From assembly GCA_022510765.1 (NCBI GenBank), contig JAFLSU010000008.1, forward strand, positions 1,991 through 65,990: DNA of 64,000 bases. Reading direction: 5' to 3'. Made by a program: the position numbers and the translations under genes. The notes beneath the pieces were generated by a model. It was not told the DNA's origin and ran no database searches. It saw only the letters and a program-made list of their open reading frames with translations. Positions 10,754 to 23,663 of the stretch are shown here, piece by piece. The number at the start of each line of letters is the position of its first letter. Position 1 is the stretch's first letter. This stretch comes from Christensenellaceae bacterium. GTDB lineage: Bacteria; Bacillota; Clostridia; Christensenellales; CAG-138.

Positions 10754-12226
10754 ATGCTTTTATATACAAACAGACAGAATTTTTTCAATGATATTTGCGA
10801 GATAATACGTCTGTTTCTTCCACAGGCCACCATTGAGCTTTGCGAAGATAACCCAGGCTTTAGTGGTGCTGATAGTTTGTATGTCACTCTTGTTGATCGC
10901 GATGAGCATTTTGTTGCCGAGGCGAGCCTTTGCTTTAATGGTATATCCTACAGTTATATCCATACCGCACCCTATCGTGATGAAAGCGCTCTCTTAGAAA
11001 AGCGCTATGGCAAGCGCTGCATCAAGGTTGCCGCATTCCGCGCGATGCGTAAAGCGTTCCCCGAAACGAGTCTTCCATGGGGATCGTTGACCGGAATACG
11101 TCCGACAAGGCTACTTCGTGAGTTAAAACTCACAGAAGGCGAACAAAATGCAAACCGGCTCATGCTCAATGAATTTGACGTAACCGAGGAAAAGCTGCGC
11201 CTTGCGGACAAAATAGTGACCGTACAGACCGAAGTACTAGGCTCTATCCGACATGACGAGGTAGATGTATATATAGGCATTCCGTTCTGCAAAACACGAT
11301 GCCTGTACTGTTCCTTTGCGTCACAGCTTCGCACGCAAAAAACCGATATGAGCGCATACCTTTCCGCTCTTAAGCGTGATATTCTGAACGGAGTCAAGCT
11401 CGTTAAAGCTAATGGGCTGCATGTTCGCGCGTTGTACCTCGGAGGAGGAACGCCCACGATACTGACGGCGGATGAGCTGAGCGACCTAATTGATTTTGCG
11501 ATCACCGAATACGATGTAAAGCCCAGAACCGAGTTCACGGTTGAAGCAGGCAGGCCCGATACCATTACCGCCGAGAAGCTCCGCGTAATCAAAAAATATG
11601 GTGCAACAAGAATATCCGTCAATCCGCAGACCATGTGCGATGCAACGCTTCGCGCGGTTGGCAGGGAGCATACGTCAGAGGACATTCGTAAATGCTTCAT
11701 GCTGGCACGAGAGATCGGCTTCGATTCCATCAATATGGACTTGATCGCGGGTCTTCCCGGTGAGGATGCACATGGCATGCAGTGCACGATCGATGAGGTC
11801 ATCAAGCTTGATCCCGACTGTCTCACCGTCCATACCCTTGCAATAAAGCGTTCATCGCGCCTTAAGGAGCAGCTTGAACACATAGCGCTGCCTGCGATTT
11901 CGGAGGTCGAACGCATGACTGCAATAGGATCTGCGGGTGCAGAGGCCATGGGAATGCTGCCATACTATATGTATAGGCAAAAGTACATGGCCGGCAATAT
12001 GGAGAATGTTGGGTATTCCAAGGCCGATAAGGTTTGCATATATAATATCGACATGATGGAGGATGCTCTAAGCATCATCGCTCATGGCGCGGGTGCAATG
12101 ACCAAACGTGTTTTTCTGGGAGAACAGCGCATTGAGCGCGTACCGAATCCTAAGGATATAGCTACCTACATTGAAAAACTTGACCGAGTTCACGCGGAGC
12201 GTATGGAGCTGTTTGAAATACGTTGA
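10754..12226 (+). CDS. hemZ: HemZ-type radical SAM protein
   Basis: WGSLTGIRPT, IPFCKTRCLYCSF, GGGTPT, YMYRQK; conserved rel-dtd-MBL-hemZ order. Confidence 0.9.
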   Translation: MLLYTNRQNFFNDICEIIRLFLPQATIELCEDNPGFSGADSLYVTLVDRDEHFVAEASLCFNGISYSYIHTAPYRDESALLEKRYGKRCIKVAAFRAMRKAFPETSLPWGSLTGIRPTRLLRELKLTEGEQNANRLMLNEFDVTEEKLRLADKIVTVQTEVLGSIRHDEVDVYIGIPFCKTRCLYCSFASQLRTQKTDMSAYLSALKRDILNGVKLVKANGLHVRALYLGGGTPTILTADELSDLIDFAITEYDVKPRTEFTVEAGRPDTITAEKLRVIKKYGATRISVNPQTMCDATLRAVGREHTSEDIRKCFMLAREIGFDSINMDLIAGLPGEDAHGMQCTIDEVIKLDPDCLTVHTLAIKRSSRLKEQLEHIALPAISEVERMTAIGSAGAEAMGMLPYYMYRQKYMAGNMENVGYSKADKVCIYNIDMMEDALSIIAHGAGAMTKRVFLGEQRIERVPNPKDIATYIEKLDRVHAERMELFEIR

Positions 12227-12506
12227 CGGAAGCCGTACTAAAATTCTGCGATAGTAGCATAGCCTAAACAGTATTTTCTGACAATTTAATGCTGTTTGAT
12301 TCCATTTGATTTACAAAAGTATTCTCTTCACTTTTATCTGCAAAAATTAATTTAACAGAAATTCCAAAATTGGCAGTACAAATTTGGTTCGATCTGTGTT
12401 ATGATATAATAGTGTGCGGGTATTCTGCATTTAATTGCATGAGTATTCTTTGCCGCGCGCGAGCATAGCGCCCGGTGTCCGGCGGCACGCGCATGGAGGT
12501 ATTCGG

Positions 12507-13358
12507 ATGAAATTTAACGACATTATTAATGCGATACTCAGCGGTTTAGCCGAGTTTCGCTTTCAGGATCTGCTTGATATAATCATCATAGCATTTCTTA
12601 TATATAAAATCATCGAGGTTTCCGTCAACACTCGCGCCTATCAGCTTTTAAAGGGTTTGGCGGTACTCCTCATCATCATGCTGTTAAGCACCGTATTCAA
12701 CCTATACACGGTGAACTACCTTCTGAATACCCTCTTAGTATCCGGTATCGTTATAGTATTCGTTCTCTTTCAGCCCGAGCTCCGCAGGGCTTTGGCTCAC
12801 CTTGGCAGGTTTAAGTTTAATCTGGTTACCAGGGACAAGGAAAGCGATAATCAAATCGTCAAAGAACTTGTCAATGCGCTTGTGGAGCTTTCCAAACGCA
12901 AGGTCGGTGCGCTCATCGTTATCGAAAGGGAGACCAAGCTTGACGACTATCTTCCCACGGGAACATACCTTGATGCAAGCATAAGCAGTGCGCTTGTTCA
13001 GAATATATTTGAGCCGAAGACGCCGCTCCATGACGGTGCAGTTATCGTTCGAGACGGAAGGATTCACTATGCGGCTTGCGTGCTTCCGCTGTTCAGCGAC
13101 CCTAATATTTCCAAGGAGCTTGGCACACGCCACCGCGCCGCACTCGGCGTATCCTCGGTTTCCGACAGTTTAACTCTCGTGGTATCAGAGGAGACTGGCG
13201 TTATATCCTATGCGGAAAACGGTAAGCTCGTCCGATATGTTGACAGAATCGCGCTCACTGAGGTGCTTGAAACCATGTTCTCAGCACCTCAGGATGAACA
13301 TCCGTTTACATTTATCACCAAGAGGTTAGGTAAGGACAATGACAAGCAGCAAAGATAA
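12507..13358 (+). CDS. cdaA: Diadenylate cyclase CdaA
   Basis: Three N-terminal TM helices, FQPELRRAL, LHDGA and GTRHRAA; GGAGG before ATG 12507. Confidence 0.95.
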   Translation: MKFNDIINAILSGLAEFRFQDLLDIIIIAFLIYKIIEVSVNTRAYQLLKGLAVLLIIMLLSTVFNLYTVNYLLNTLLVSGIVIVFVLFQPELRRALAHLGRFKFNLVTRDKESDNQIVKELVNALVELSKRKVGALIVIERETKLDDYLPTGTYLDASISSALVQNIFEPKTPLHDGAVIVRDGRIHYAACVLPLFSDPNISKELGTRHRAALGVSSVSDSLTLVVSEETGVISYAENGKLVRYVDRIALTEVLETMFSAPQDEHPFTFITKRLGKDNDKQQR

Positions 13359-14700
13359 CGATAGATTCATTAACCACACCGACGGGCATGCCCCCGCTGC
13401 GCCCGTCGGAAATTCAGAAAAAACGGACGAGACTCCCGTCCGTTGGTATAAGCGTTCCTTTATCCGCAAGCTTGGTTACATGCTCGTGTCGGCACTCATT
13501 GCCATGACCCTGTGGGGTTATGTCCTCATGAGCGAAAATCCCGCCCGCGAAAAGCGAATCGAAAACGTTCCGGTCAGCTTCAGCGGACTTGACTCAAACC
13601 TTGCCGTTTGCGGCAATTTAGACGAGCTTATTCCGAAGGTTACGGTTACCGTTCAAACCACGCTTAATGATCTTCCCCGCTTCAATCAGGAGAGTGTTGC
13701 AGGCAATATTGTCCGTGCATCCGTAAGCGCACAGGAAATAAACTCGGCCGGCGAACGCACGCTTTATATAACCGCAACGACAAGCATCGGTACGGTCATT
13801 TCCGTTACTCCCTCGGCGGTTACTTTAAAATTCGATAATGTTGTTGAACGCAGCATCCCTATCAGCCACAGCTTCATCGGCGAGCTTCCCGAAGGCTATT
13901 GGCATTCCGATCCTCAGCTTGATTCAAGCAATGTTAGGATCAAGGGAGCGGAAAGCGAAATAAATAGCATAGTTAAGGCAAGCTTTGAAATTGATTTGAC
14001 TGGTCGTACAAAGCCAATTAATGATTCCTTTACTCTCAATCTTTATGATAAAGAGGATAACATAATTGATTCCTCCTCGGTTGTCATAGGCACGCTGCCC
14101 TCCGCAACGGTTACCATGGATATTCTGCCATATTTGGAGATACCTATCCAACCCAATATCATCGGGCAGGATCGCCTTAAGGATATTTTTGAAATCTCAA
14201 GCATTAATATCAGTCCTAATGCGCTCAGCATTGCTGCTGAGTCGGATGTGCTTGCTACTGTCAATGAGCTGATCTCGATTGAACCCATTGATATAAGTAA
14301 TATATCGGATGAAGGATTAGTTACTGCCACTATATCCGTGAGCGGACTTCCCGAGGGCATCAGACTGCTTTCCGAGAATCAATTCACGGTTACAATAGAG
14401 ATCAGCGAGCGTAATGAGGAAATATCGTTCGAATCGATGCCGATCCTTATCATCAATCAGGATCCGGCCATGTACTACAGCTATGATACGACCGTTTGCA
14501 ATATCAGTTTCAAGGGAAAGGCCAGTTTGATACGAAGTCTGTACTCATGGCAAATCAAATTGACGCTGAACATGTCAGGTTATGATGAAGGCAATTACAC
14601 CCTCGTACCTGAGTTGGAGCTGCAGAATGGGGATCGTTTGCTTGAACTTGATTATAACATAACCCCTGTCATCTGCACGATTTCGCCGATAGAGAATTAA
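13339..14700 (+). CDS. cdaR: CdaR/YbbR-domain regulator
   Basis: Single TM helix (LWGYV) followed by repeated beta-rich YbbR-like domains; overlaps cdaA. Confidence 0.85.
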   Translation: MTSSKDNDRFINHTDGHAPAAPVGNSEKTDETPVRWYKRSFIRKLGYMLVSALIAMTLWGYVLMSENPAREKRIENVPVSFSGLDSNLAVCGNLDELIPKVTVTVQTTLNDLPRFNQESVAGNIVRASVSAQEINSAGERTLYITATTSIGTVISVTPSAVTLKFDNVVERSIPISHSFIGELPEGYWHSDPQLDSSNVRIKGAESEINSIVKASFEIDLTGRTKPINDSFTLNLYDKEDNIIDSSSVVIGTLPSATVTMDILPYLEIPIQPNIIGQDRLKDIFEISSINISPNALSIAAESDVLATVNELISIEPIDISNISDEGLVTATISVSGLPEGIRLLSENQFTVTIEISERNEEISFESMPILIINQDPAMYYSYDTTVCNISFKGKASLIRSLYSWQIKLTLNMSGYDEGNYTLVPELELQNGDRLLELDYNITPVICTISPIEN

Positions 14701-14742
14701 AATGCCTGGCTTGCACCGGCTTAAAGCCTATTTCGCATAGAT

Positions 14743-16401
14743 TTGCGAAAAACAAAAGAAAGGATACAATTGCGGGATTCGTCCTGCGATAAATTAAACG
14801 AAATGCGTCTTGTCGCAACAAATCTTAATATGCCCTTCAATGCGGATGAAGCCGCACTTAAGCTGCTGCTTTCCTCCCATATTCGCCTTGCCCCAGATGC
14901 GATCTCGGAAATGCGCATTATACGGCACTCCCTCGATGCAAGGGATAAGGCGGATATACGCAGCATATATTCCGTCAGTTTCGAGCTTTCAAACGAAAAC
15001 GCACGGCGCGTCGCGCTGTTGGATCTGAAAAATGTAGGTAAACTGCCTGAACGGACGAAACGATGCCCCGAATGCGGCAATGAACCTCAAAATGCAACCA
15101 TTGCTGTCATAGGTCTCGGCCCTGCTGGACTGTTTGCCGCATATGAGCTTGCCAAACTCGGCTACCATGTGACAGTGATCGAAAGGGGCAAGCCCATTTC
15201 CGAGCGCAAAGCGGACGTTGATGCCTTTTTCGAGAAAGGACTGCTCAATGCCCACAGCAACATTATGTACGGCGAGGGCGGCGCGGGTACCTTTTCGGAT
15301 GGAAAGCTCACAACGCGCATCAAGGATCCTCGTGCTGAGGATGTACTTGAAACTCTAATTAAGTTCGGCGCTGACGAGAGCATCGGTATAGAGGCAAAAC
15401 CCCATATCGGCACGGACGTGCTTTCGGAAGTTGTGCTCAATATGCGCAAGGCGCTTGAGGATATGGGTGTCGATATTCGGTTCAATTCGTGCATGACGGA
15501 TTTCGATTCCGCTAACGGACGCATCACTTCCGTAACGATAAACGGTTCGGAAAAAATACCCTGCTGTGCGGTCATTCTTGCCATCGGTCAGGCCGCAAGG
15601 GATACCTATCGACTGCTAATTTCCAAGGGCATTGAATTGATTCAAAAACCCTTTGCCGTGGGAGTACGCATCGAACACCCTCAGGATTTCATCAATCGAT
15701 CCCAGTACGGCAAATTTGCAGGACACCCTCGCCTTGGTGCTGCTGAATACAGGCTCACCGGCAAGAGCGGCGAAAGGGGCGTTTACACCTTCTGTATGTG
15801 TCCTGGCGGCGTGGTCGTTGCGTCATCCTCTGATGCGGGACAAGTCGTGACCAACGGCATGAGCTATCATGCGCGGAACGGAATAAACGCGAACTCCGCC
15901 ATAATTGTTCAAGTAAACCCGGTCGATTTTGGAGATGACCCGCTTTCTGGCATTGTATTCCAGGAAAAGCTTGAAAACGCGGCCTTCCGGCTTGGAGGCG
16001 GAGATTATTCCGCGCCTGCCATGCGCGTTGGAGATTTCCTTGCGCATAAAAAACCCGAGCGTTTCGGCGGCATAACCCCCACCTATCGTCCCAATGTCGT
16101 GCCGCGCGATATACGCCGCTGTCTCCCTCCCGTGATCTCGAAGGGCATTGAAGATGGTATCCGTGCATTCTCACGTCAAATTAAGAATTTTGACATGTAT
16201 GACGCGGTGCTCACCGCCGTTGAGAGTAGATCCAGTGCGCCCGTTCGTATCGTTCGCGACGAGGGCGGCGAAGCTACCCGCATGAAGGGGCTTTACCCGG
16301 TCGGTGAGGGTGCAGGCTATGCGGGCGGAATCGTTAGTGCAGCCGTTGATGGCATCCGTGCTGCGGAACGAATAATTGCAAGATTCAAGCCACAAAAATA
16401 A
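14743..16401 (+). CDS. FAD-dependent oxidoreductase (uncharacterised family)
   Basis: VIGLGPAG Rossmann motif, GEGGAGTFSDGKL, FCMCPGG, GEGAGYAGGI; start uncertain (ATG 14802 possible). Confidence 0.85.
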   Translation: MRKTKERIQLRDSSCDKLNEMRLVATNLNMPFNADEAALKLLLSSHIRLAPDAISEMRIIRHSLDARDKADIRSIYSVSFELSNENARRVALLDLKNVGKLPERTKRCPECGNEPQNATIAVIGLGPAGLFAAYELAKLGYHVTVIERGKPISERKADVDAFFEKGLLNAHSNIMYGEGGAGTFSDGKLTTRIKDPRAEDVLETLIKFGADESIGIEAKPHIGTDVLSEVVLNMRKALEDMGVDIRFNSCMTDFDSANGRITSVTINGSEKIPCCAVILAIGQAARDTYRLLISKGIELIQKPFAVGVRIEHPQDFINRSQYGKFAGHPRLGAAEYRLTGKSGERGVYTFCMCPGGVVVASSSDAGQVVTNGMSYHARNGINANSAIIVQVNPVDFGDDPLSGIVFQEKLENAAFRLGGGDYSAPAMRVGDFLAHKKPERFGGITPTYRPNVVPRDIRRCLPPVISKGIEDGIRAFSRQIKNFDMYDAVLTAVESRSSAPVRIVRDEGGEATRMKGLYPVGEGAGYAGGIVSAAVDGIRAAERIIARFKPQK

Positions 16402-16509
16402 CGTGTGGATTTAATTAAAGCAATCGGAGACTAATGCGGAGATTTGCATAAATTAATTTGAGAATGATGCTATGATCCGCACAAAGCAAAACAAACGGAT
16501 TTCTGTTCT

Positions 16510-17220
16510 ATGAAAAAATTTATTGTTATAATTGGTAACTTTGGTTCCGGCAAGACCGAGCTTTCACTCAATCTTGCATTCGAATACGCAAAAAATCAGA
16601 AGGTCACTCTCGTCGATCTCGACATAATTAACCCCTATTTCCGCTCAACCGAGCGCAAGGCGGAATTGGACGCTGCGGGCATTCGTCTGCTCTCCCCCAC
16701 CTATGCCATGCTTGGCGTGGAGATCCCGAGTCTGCCTGCGGATATTTATTCTGTATTTTCGGACAGCAGCGACATCGTCATCTTTGATGTCGGAGGTGAT
16801 CCGGCTGGCGCTATCGCTCTCGGACAGTACAAGCGTTTTTTCGACCAAGCTAAGGATGTGAAAGTATTATACGTCATCAACGCAAGACGTCCGTTCTCGT
16901 GTGAGCTCGATATGAATCTTGACATGATCGCAAGGATCCGGGAAGCGGGCAGGATGGATATCGATGCCATCGTAAACAATACTAATCTTTCGCAGGAAAC
17001 CTCGCTTGAGGAGCTCATCGACGGGTACAACCTTGTTCGCGATGTGGCTGTTGAGACCGGACTTCCCGTCAAATACACCGTCGGCGTTCCGAGCATCTTG
17101 GATGAATTCCGCCGCTACGCCGAAGATAACGGGCTTTTAAATGACTATATCGGTGAATACCACCCCATCGAACGCTATATGCACAGGGATTGGGAGCGTT
17201 ATACCGAGAAGGGACTGTAA
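16510..17220 (+). CDS. P-loop NTPase (MinD/CobQ-like)
   Basis: GNFGSGKTE, DLDIINPYFRS, DVGGD. Confidence 0.75.
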   Translation: MKKFIVIIGNFGSGKTELSLNLAFEYAKNQKVTLVDLDIINPYFRSTERKAELDAAGIRLLSPTYAMLGVEIPSLPADIYSVFSDSSDIVIFDVGGDPAGAIALGQYKRFFDQAKDVKVLYVINARRPFSCELDMNLDMIARIREAGRMDIDAIVNNTNLSQETSLEELIDGYNLVRDVAVETGLPVKYTVGVPSILDEFRRYAEDNGLLNDYIGEYHPIERYMHRDWERYTEKGL

Positions 17221-17309
17221 TCATCGGTACGATCAGTGTAATTGTTTGGTCATCAAAGATAACGATAGCAACCGTATTAGGTTATTGATTTTGTTTACGG
17301 AGTTAAACG

Positions 17310-19232
<1,923 letters not shown>

Positions 19233-19413
19233 AGTTGAGTAGTGTCTAAAGTCGTCTGCTGGCGAATGCGCTTTCATGGCTAAATCAGGTGTCATAACGC
19301 ACCCAAGTTGCAAGCATCGCTTACAATAGTTAATATATTGCGACTGCGATATATTGTTGCGACCCACGACGCAGGGTTTGGTAAATGCGTCATTTTGAAA
19401 GGAGAAGATATAT

Positions 19414-21087
19414 TTGTCAAAAAAATCAGGTCAGCGTCTTAGGATAATTCCCTTAGGCGGCCTCGGAGAAATAGGAAAAAACATGACCGTACTCGAGTAC
19501 GGTGGAAGCATGATAGTAATCGATTGCGGACTTGCCTTTCCCGATGAGGATATGCTCGGCATAGACATGGTGATTCCCGATATGTCGTTCCTCGAGCTGA
19601 ATCAGGATAAGCTCGCCGCATTCATAATCACCCATGGTCATGAGGATCATATCGGTGCCATCCCTTATGCGCTGCAAAAATTCCACGTCCCCGTCGTCGG
19701 GACAAAATTCACTTTGGCGCTCATTGAGCATAAACTGCATGAACACAAGATAGAAGAAGCCGACCTTCGCTGCATAACCGCCGGCGATACGGTGCAATTC
19801 GGCTGTTTTGAGATAGAGTTCATCAAGGTCAGCCACTCAATCGCAGGTGCGGTCGCACTCGCGATCACCACCCCCCTCGGCGTTGTTATCCATACGGGTG
19901 ATTTCAAGGTGGATTATACCCCCGTGGATAACGAACCTATAGATATAAACCGCTTTGCGTATTACGGTTCCAAAGGCGTGCTTGCTCTGCTTATGGACAG
20001 CACCAATGCGGAGCTTTCCGGGGTGACTCCGTCCGAAATGGAGATAGGAAAAACCTTTGAAAAGGTTTTCAACGATGCTGACGGCCGTATAATCGTAGCG
20101 TCCTTCGCATCCAATGTATACAGAATACAGCAAGTCGTGAACATTGCTATAAGGCATAACAGGGTCGTATGTTTCCAAGGTCGGTCGATGGTAATGATAG
20201 CCAAAATTGCAAAGGAGCTTGGCTACCTTAATCTTCCCGAGGAAAGCGTTGTTGAGCTTGAAAAGCTTAAAAATTATGAGAATGATCGCATTTGCGTGCT
20301 AACCACGGGCAGTCAAGGAGAATCCATGAGCGGTCTTTTCCGCATGGCAAATGCAAACCATAAGCTGATCATCGGAAACGGAGATACCGTAATCATTTCC
20401 GCTTCCGCAATACCCGGCAACGAAAAAAGCGTTGGCAGGGTCATCAACCAGCTTTTCAAACGAGGCGCAAACGTTGTTTATGATAGGCTTGCCGACGTGC
20501 ATGTTTCCGGTCACGCGAGACGTGAGGAGCTGAAGCTCATGTTCCGTCTGCTCAAACCGCAATACTTCATGCCCGTACACGGTGAAGCACGGCATTTATA
20601 TCACCATGCGAGACTTGCCGAAAAAATGGGCGTTTCCCCCGGAAATATTTTTGTGCTTGAGAATGGAAACATGCTTGAAATAACGGACAAGGGTGCAATG
20701 AAGCTTTCAAGCAGCGTTGCCTCAGGCGCGATCCTTATCGATGGGCTTGGCGTTGGCGATATTGGTGCAACGGTGCTGCGCGAACGCCGTCTGCTCTCTC
20801 AGGACGGTTTGTTCGCGATCATAATACCCGTACAAAAATCCACCGGAGAAATGCTCGGCCTGCCCGAAATCATCACGAGGGGTTTCATCTATGTAAAGGA
20901 TTCCGATGAGCTTATGTCCGAAGCACGCGAATACGCATTCGACCTCGCAATGAAGCTTTCTATGGAATACAGGTATGATTGGAGCAACTTTAAGTCGAGC
21001 ATGAAATCGGGCATGAAGGGCTTTCTGCTCAGCAAGACCAGGCGAACGCCTATAATCATGCCGATGATTGTTGAAATAGATTGCTGA
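19414..21087 (+). CDS. rnj: Ribonuclease J
   Basis: PLGGLGEIGKN, THGHEDH, HVSGHA, PVHGE. Confidence 0.96.
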   Translation: MSKKSGQRLRIIPLGGLGEIGKNMTVLEYGGSMIVIDCGLAFPDEDMLGIDMVIPDMSFLELNQDKLAAFIITHGHEDHIGAIPYALQKFHVPVVGTKFTLALIEHKLHEHKIEEADLRCITAGDTVQFGCFEIEFIKVSHSIAGAVALAITTPLGVVIHTGDFKVDYTPVDNEPIDINRFAYYGSKGVLALLMDSTNAELSGVTPSEMEIGKTFEKVFNDADGRIIVASFASNVYRIQQVVNIAIRHNRVVCFQGRSMVMIAKIAKELGYLNLPEESVVELEKLKNYENDRICVLTTGSQGESMSGLFRMANANHKLIIGNGDTVIISASAIPGNEKSVGRVINQLFKRGANVVYDRLADVHVSGHARREELKLMFRLLKPQYFMPVHGEARHLYHHARLAEKMGVSPGNIFVLENGNMLEITDKGAMKLSSSVASGAILIDGLGVGDIGATVLRERRLLSQDGLFAIIIPVQKSTGEMLGLPEIITRGFIYVKDSDELMSEAREYAFDLAMKLSMEYRYDWSNFKSSMKSGMKGFLLSKTRRTPIIMPMIVEIDC

Positions 21088-21136
21088 GACGGGTTGGATG
21101 CGATTGTTCTCACACCATAAAGGATTTGACTATTGT

Positions 21137-21484
21137 ATGAATAATATTTACAATAAAGCGCAGGAACTGGCGTATATGCTGAAGAACAGTGATGAATTTA
21201 CACGGTTCTGCGCCGCAAGGGACAGGATCACGGCTGATGAGTCCACAAGAGTACTGCTTAAGGATTATCGCACCCTTCAGTGCCGCGTACAGGCCGCCAT
21301 GGTCACAGGGCAGCCCGATGAAGTCAGCCTTGCAAAGCTGCAAAAGATGGGAGAATTATTGCAGCTCAACCCCGACGCTTCCGAGTACCTTTTTGCCCAA
21401 TACCGTCTCAGCAATCTGCTCGGCGATATATACAAACTGCTTGCCGATGCTGTTGATATCGATCTGAGCGTTTTGGACGAATGA
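21137..21484 (+). CDS. YlbF/YmcA family protein
   Basis: NIYNKAQELA..LK.SDEF N-terminus; helical, about 115 aa. Confidence 0.8.
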   Translation: MNNIYNKAQELAYMLKNSDEFTRFCAARDRITADESTRVLLKDYRTLQCRVQAAMVTGQPDEVSLAKLQKMGELLQLNPDASEYLFAQYRLSNLLGDIYKLLADAVDIDLSVLDE

Positions 21485-21510
21485 TCCAAAAACATTTTAG
21501 GAGGAGTATC

Positions 21511-22896
21511 ATGCCCAATAGCCGATCTTCAAACACAGGCAGTCGAAATTCCAACATGTCAGATGGAAACGGACGCGGGCGCTCGCGCGAATACTTCGAC
21601 GAAAGCGATATTTTCTCGCCGATCAATAACAATATTCCGAGGCGCGTCTACGATTCAAATATCCCCGCCGATAAGGTATACGTCAATTTGGATGATGAAT
21701 ATGACGATGATATGCCTGGTGGACTCGATGCGTATAACCGATGGCTCAAACGTAAGGAACGCAAGAAGCGCAACAAATCCAAGTTTGAAACCTTTTGGAA
21801 GGTTTGGAGTGTTCTACGTGCATTTATAGTGCCTGCGGCCTGTGTTGCTATTACTGTTCTCTTGCTTTATAAAGTGGGAAACAAGCTGTATAACGATTAT
21901 TTCATGCCCGTTGACCCCAACGATGCCACGCCCATCGTTGTTGAAATTCCCTCGGGAAGCGGCGCATCCACCATCGCCAAAATACTCTATGAAGCCGGCG
22001 GCGAGGATGCCGAGGGACTTATCCCGCATAAAGCCGTATTCAAGGTCTATGTTGATTTTATCGGCAAATCAAGCAGACTGCAGGCGGGTACCTATGTGCT
22101 TTCACGCAATATGAGCATACCCGAGATCGTTGACGTAATCTGCAAGGGCAATCCTCCGAGGGAGACCATAAGCGTTACGATCCCCGAGGGCCTTACTGTC
22201 GAAGCTACGGCAAACAAGCTTGTCGAACTCGGCGTTTATGAGAGTCCCGACCGTTTTATAGAACTCTGTATTACAGGCGAGGCCTTTATAAAGGATCATC
22301 CGTTTATCAATGATATTCCGGTGGATGAATCCGGCGAACGTAAGTATATGCTTGAGGGATTCCTGTTCCCGGATACATATGACATATATGCGGACGCGAA
22401 TGAGGAGACCTTGATAGATAAGATGCTCACGCGCTTCGAGCAAATCTTTGGCCCGATTTATACCGCAAGGGCTAACGAACTGGGATTGAGCTTTTATGAG
22501 GTGACCACACTTGCTTCATTGATCGAAAAGGAAGCAAAAACCTTTGATTTTGCACGAGTCTCCGCAGTATTCAGCAACCGCACGGAACTTAACATGCCAT
22601 ACGCTTCGGATGCGTCGCTCGAATATGTACTGCAAACGGGTTCGCTCAATCTTACCATCGAGCAGCTTGAAACTCCGTCGCTGTACAACACGCACATTAA
22701 CGTCGGTCTGCCCCTTGGCCCCGTCTCCAACCCGGGCGATGCCGCGCTCTCCGCCGCGCTCTACCCCGACGAGCAATACATTGCCGATGGGTATCTGTAT
22801 TTCTGTCTCATGGATCCCGAGACCGGCGCGCTCGTGTTTGCAAAAACTTTGGACGAGCATAACAGAAATGTTGCTAAATACAGCCCGCTCTGGTGA
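21511..22896 (+). CDS. mltG: Endolytic transglycosylase MltG
   Basis: TM helix followed by TIPEG, LEGFLFPDTY, ASLIEKE, GLPLGPVSNPG; AGGAG before ATG 21511. Confidence 0.92.
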   Translation: MPNSRSSNTGSRNSNMSDGNGRGRSREYFDESDIFSPINNNIPRRVYDSNIPADKVYVNLDDEYDDDMPGGLDAYNRWLKRKERKKRNKSKFETFWKVWSVLRAFIVPAACVAITVLLLYKVGNKLYNDYFMPVDPNDATPIVVEIPSGSGASTIAKILYEAGGEDAEGLIPHKAVFKVYVDFIGKSSRLQAGTYVLSRNMSIPEIVDVICKGNPPRETISVTIPEGLTVEATANKLVELGVYESPDRFIELCITGEAFIKDHPFINDIPVDESGERKYMLEGFLFPDTYDIYADANEETLIDKMLTRFEQIFGPIYTARANELGLSFYEVTTLASLIEKEAKTFDFARVSAVFSNRTELNMPYASDASLEYVLQTGSLNLTIEQLETPSLYNTHINVGLPLGPVSNPGDAALSAALYPDEQYIADGYLYFCLMDPETGALVFAKTLDEHNRNVAKYSPLW

Positions 22897-22994
22897 TGAA
22901 AGGAAATAAAAGAGTTTTTGCAGTTTTACTGCGGACACCTTTTCAGTGATGAAAGGAAAAAAATGGGCTTCTCTGGTTTTACTGCGGACACCTT
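22893..22994 (+). repeat. Imperfect tandem duplication with 53-bp period, covering the RBS and first codons of the DUF2461 gene
   Basis: gtgatgaaaggaaa...gttttactgcggacacctt occurs at 22893-22941 and again at 22946-22994. Confidence 0.9.
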
Positions 22995-23658
22995 CAAGTT
23001 TCTGATGGAGATCCGCTTCAATAACAATGTTGAATGGTTTGACGCAAACAGGGAGCGTTATAAAAAATCCGTACAGCTACCGCTCAAGCAGCTTGCAACG
23101 GAGCTTATGCCGACCGTGCTCTCCGTCGATCCCTATTTCAGCACCAACCTCAATACCACGGTGTCCAGAATAAGGCGGGATACGAGGTTTACAAAGGACA
23201 AGTCTCCCTATCGCGACAATATGTGGTTAGGCTACCGCTATCCGGGCAGAAGCATCAGCGAGGGATTCACAATCTGGTTCGGCATCGATCCAAACGGATA
23301 CGATTACGGCATGGGGTTCTACTATGCAGAACCCAGCTTCATGGCGCATTACAGAAAACGAATCATCAGTGATCCGTCGGGATTCTTCTCCTTGGCTGAA
23401 CCCTTGATGAAGCTCGGATTCATGTATTCCTGCGAATTATATAAGCGCGACCGCTTCCCCGACGCGCCTGCGGAGATCAAGCCGTATATCAATGTCAAGA
23501 ACTTCTCTTGGATGCGTCATTTTGACGGTGTCGCCGATCTTCTTGAGCCGAGCGACATTGCAAACAGGCTTAATGATGAGTTCATCCGTATGAAACCGAT
23601 GTATGACTATGTTAGGAGCATCGCGCTCATCGATGATGCTTCAAAGCTGTCTCATTAG
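22963..23658 (+). CDS. DUF2461 (TIGR02453-like) protein
   Basis: FSGF...F.FL....NNN.EWF..N...Y and RIRRDTRFTKDKSPY. Confidence 0.85.
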   Translation: MGFSGFTADTFKFLMEIRFNNNVEWFDANRERYKKSVQLPLKQLATELMPTVLSVDPYFSTNLNTTVSRIRRDTRFTKDKSPYRDNMWLGYRYPGRSISEGFTIWFGIDPNGYDYGMGFYYAEPSFMAHYRKRIISDPSGFFSLAEPLMKLGFMYSCELYKRDRFPDAPAEIKPYINVKNFSWMRHFDGVADLLEPSDIANRLNDEFIRMKPMYDYVRSIALIDDASKLSH

Positions 23659-23663
23659 GCGCT

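Noticed and set aside
11005-11949. 314-aa antisense ORF
   Set aside because: Lies wholly opposite hemZ, is Ser-rich and has no motifs, so it is a shadow ORF.
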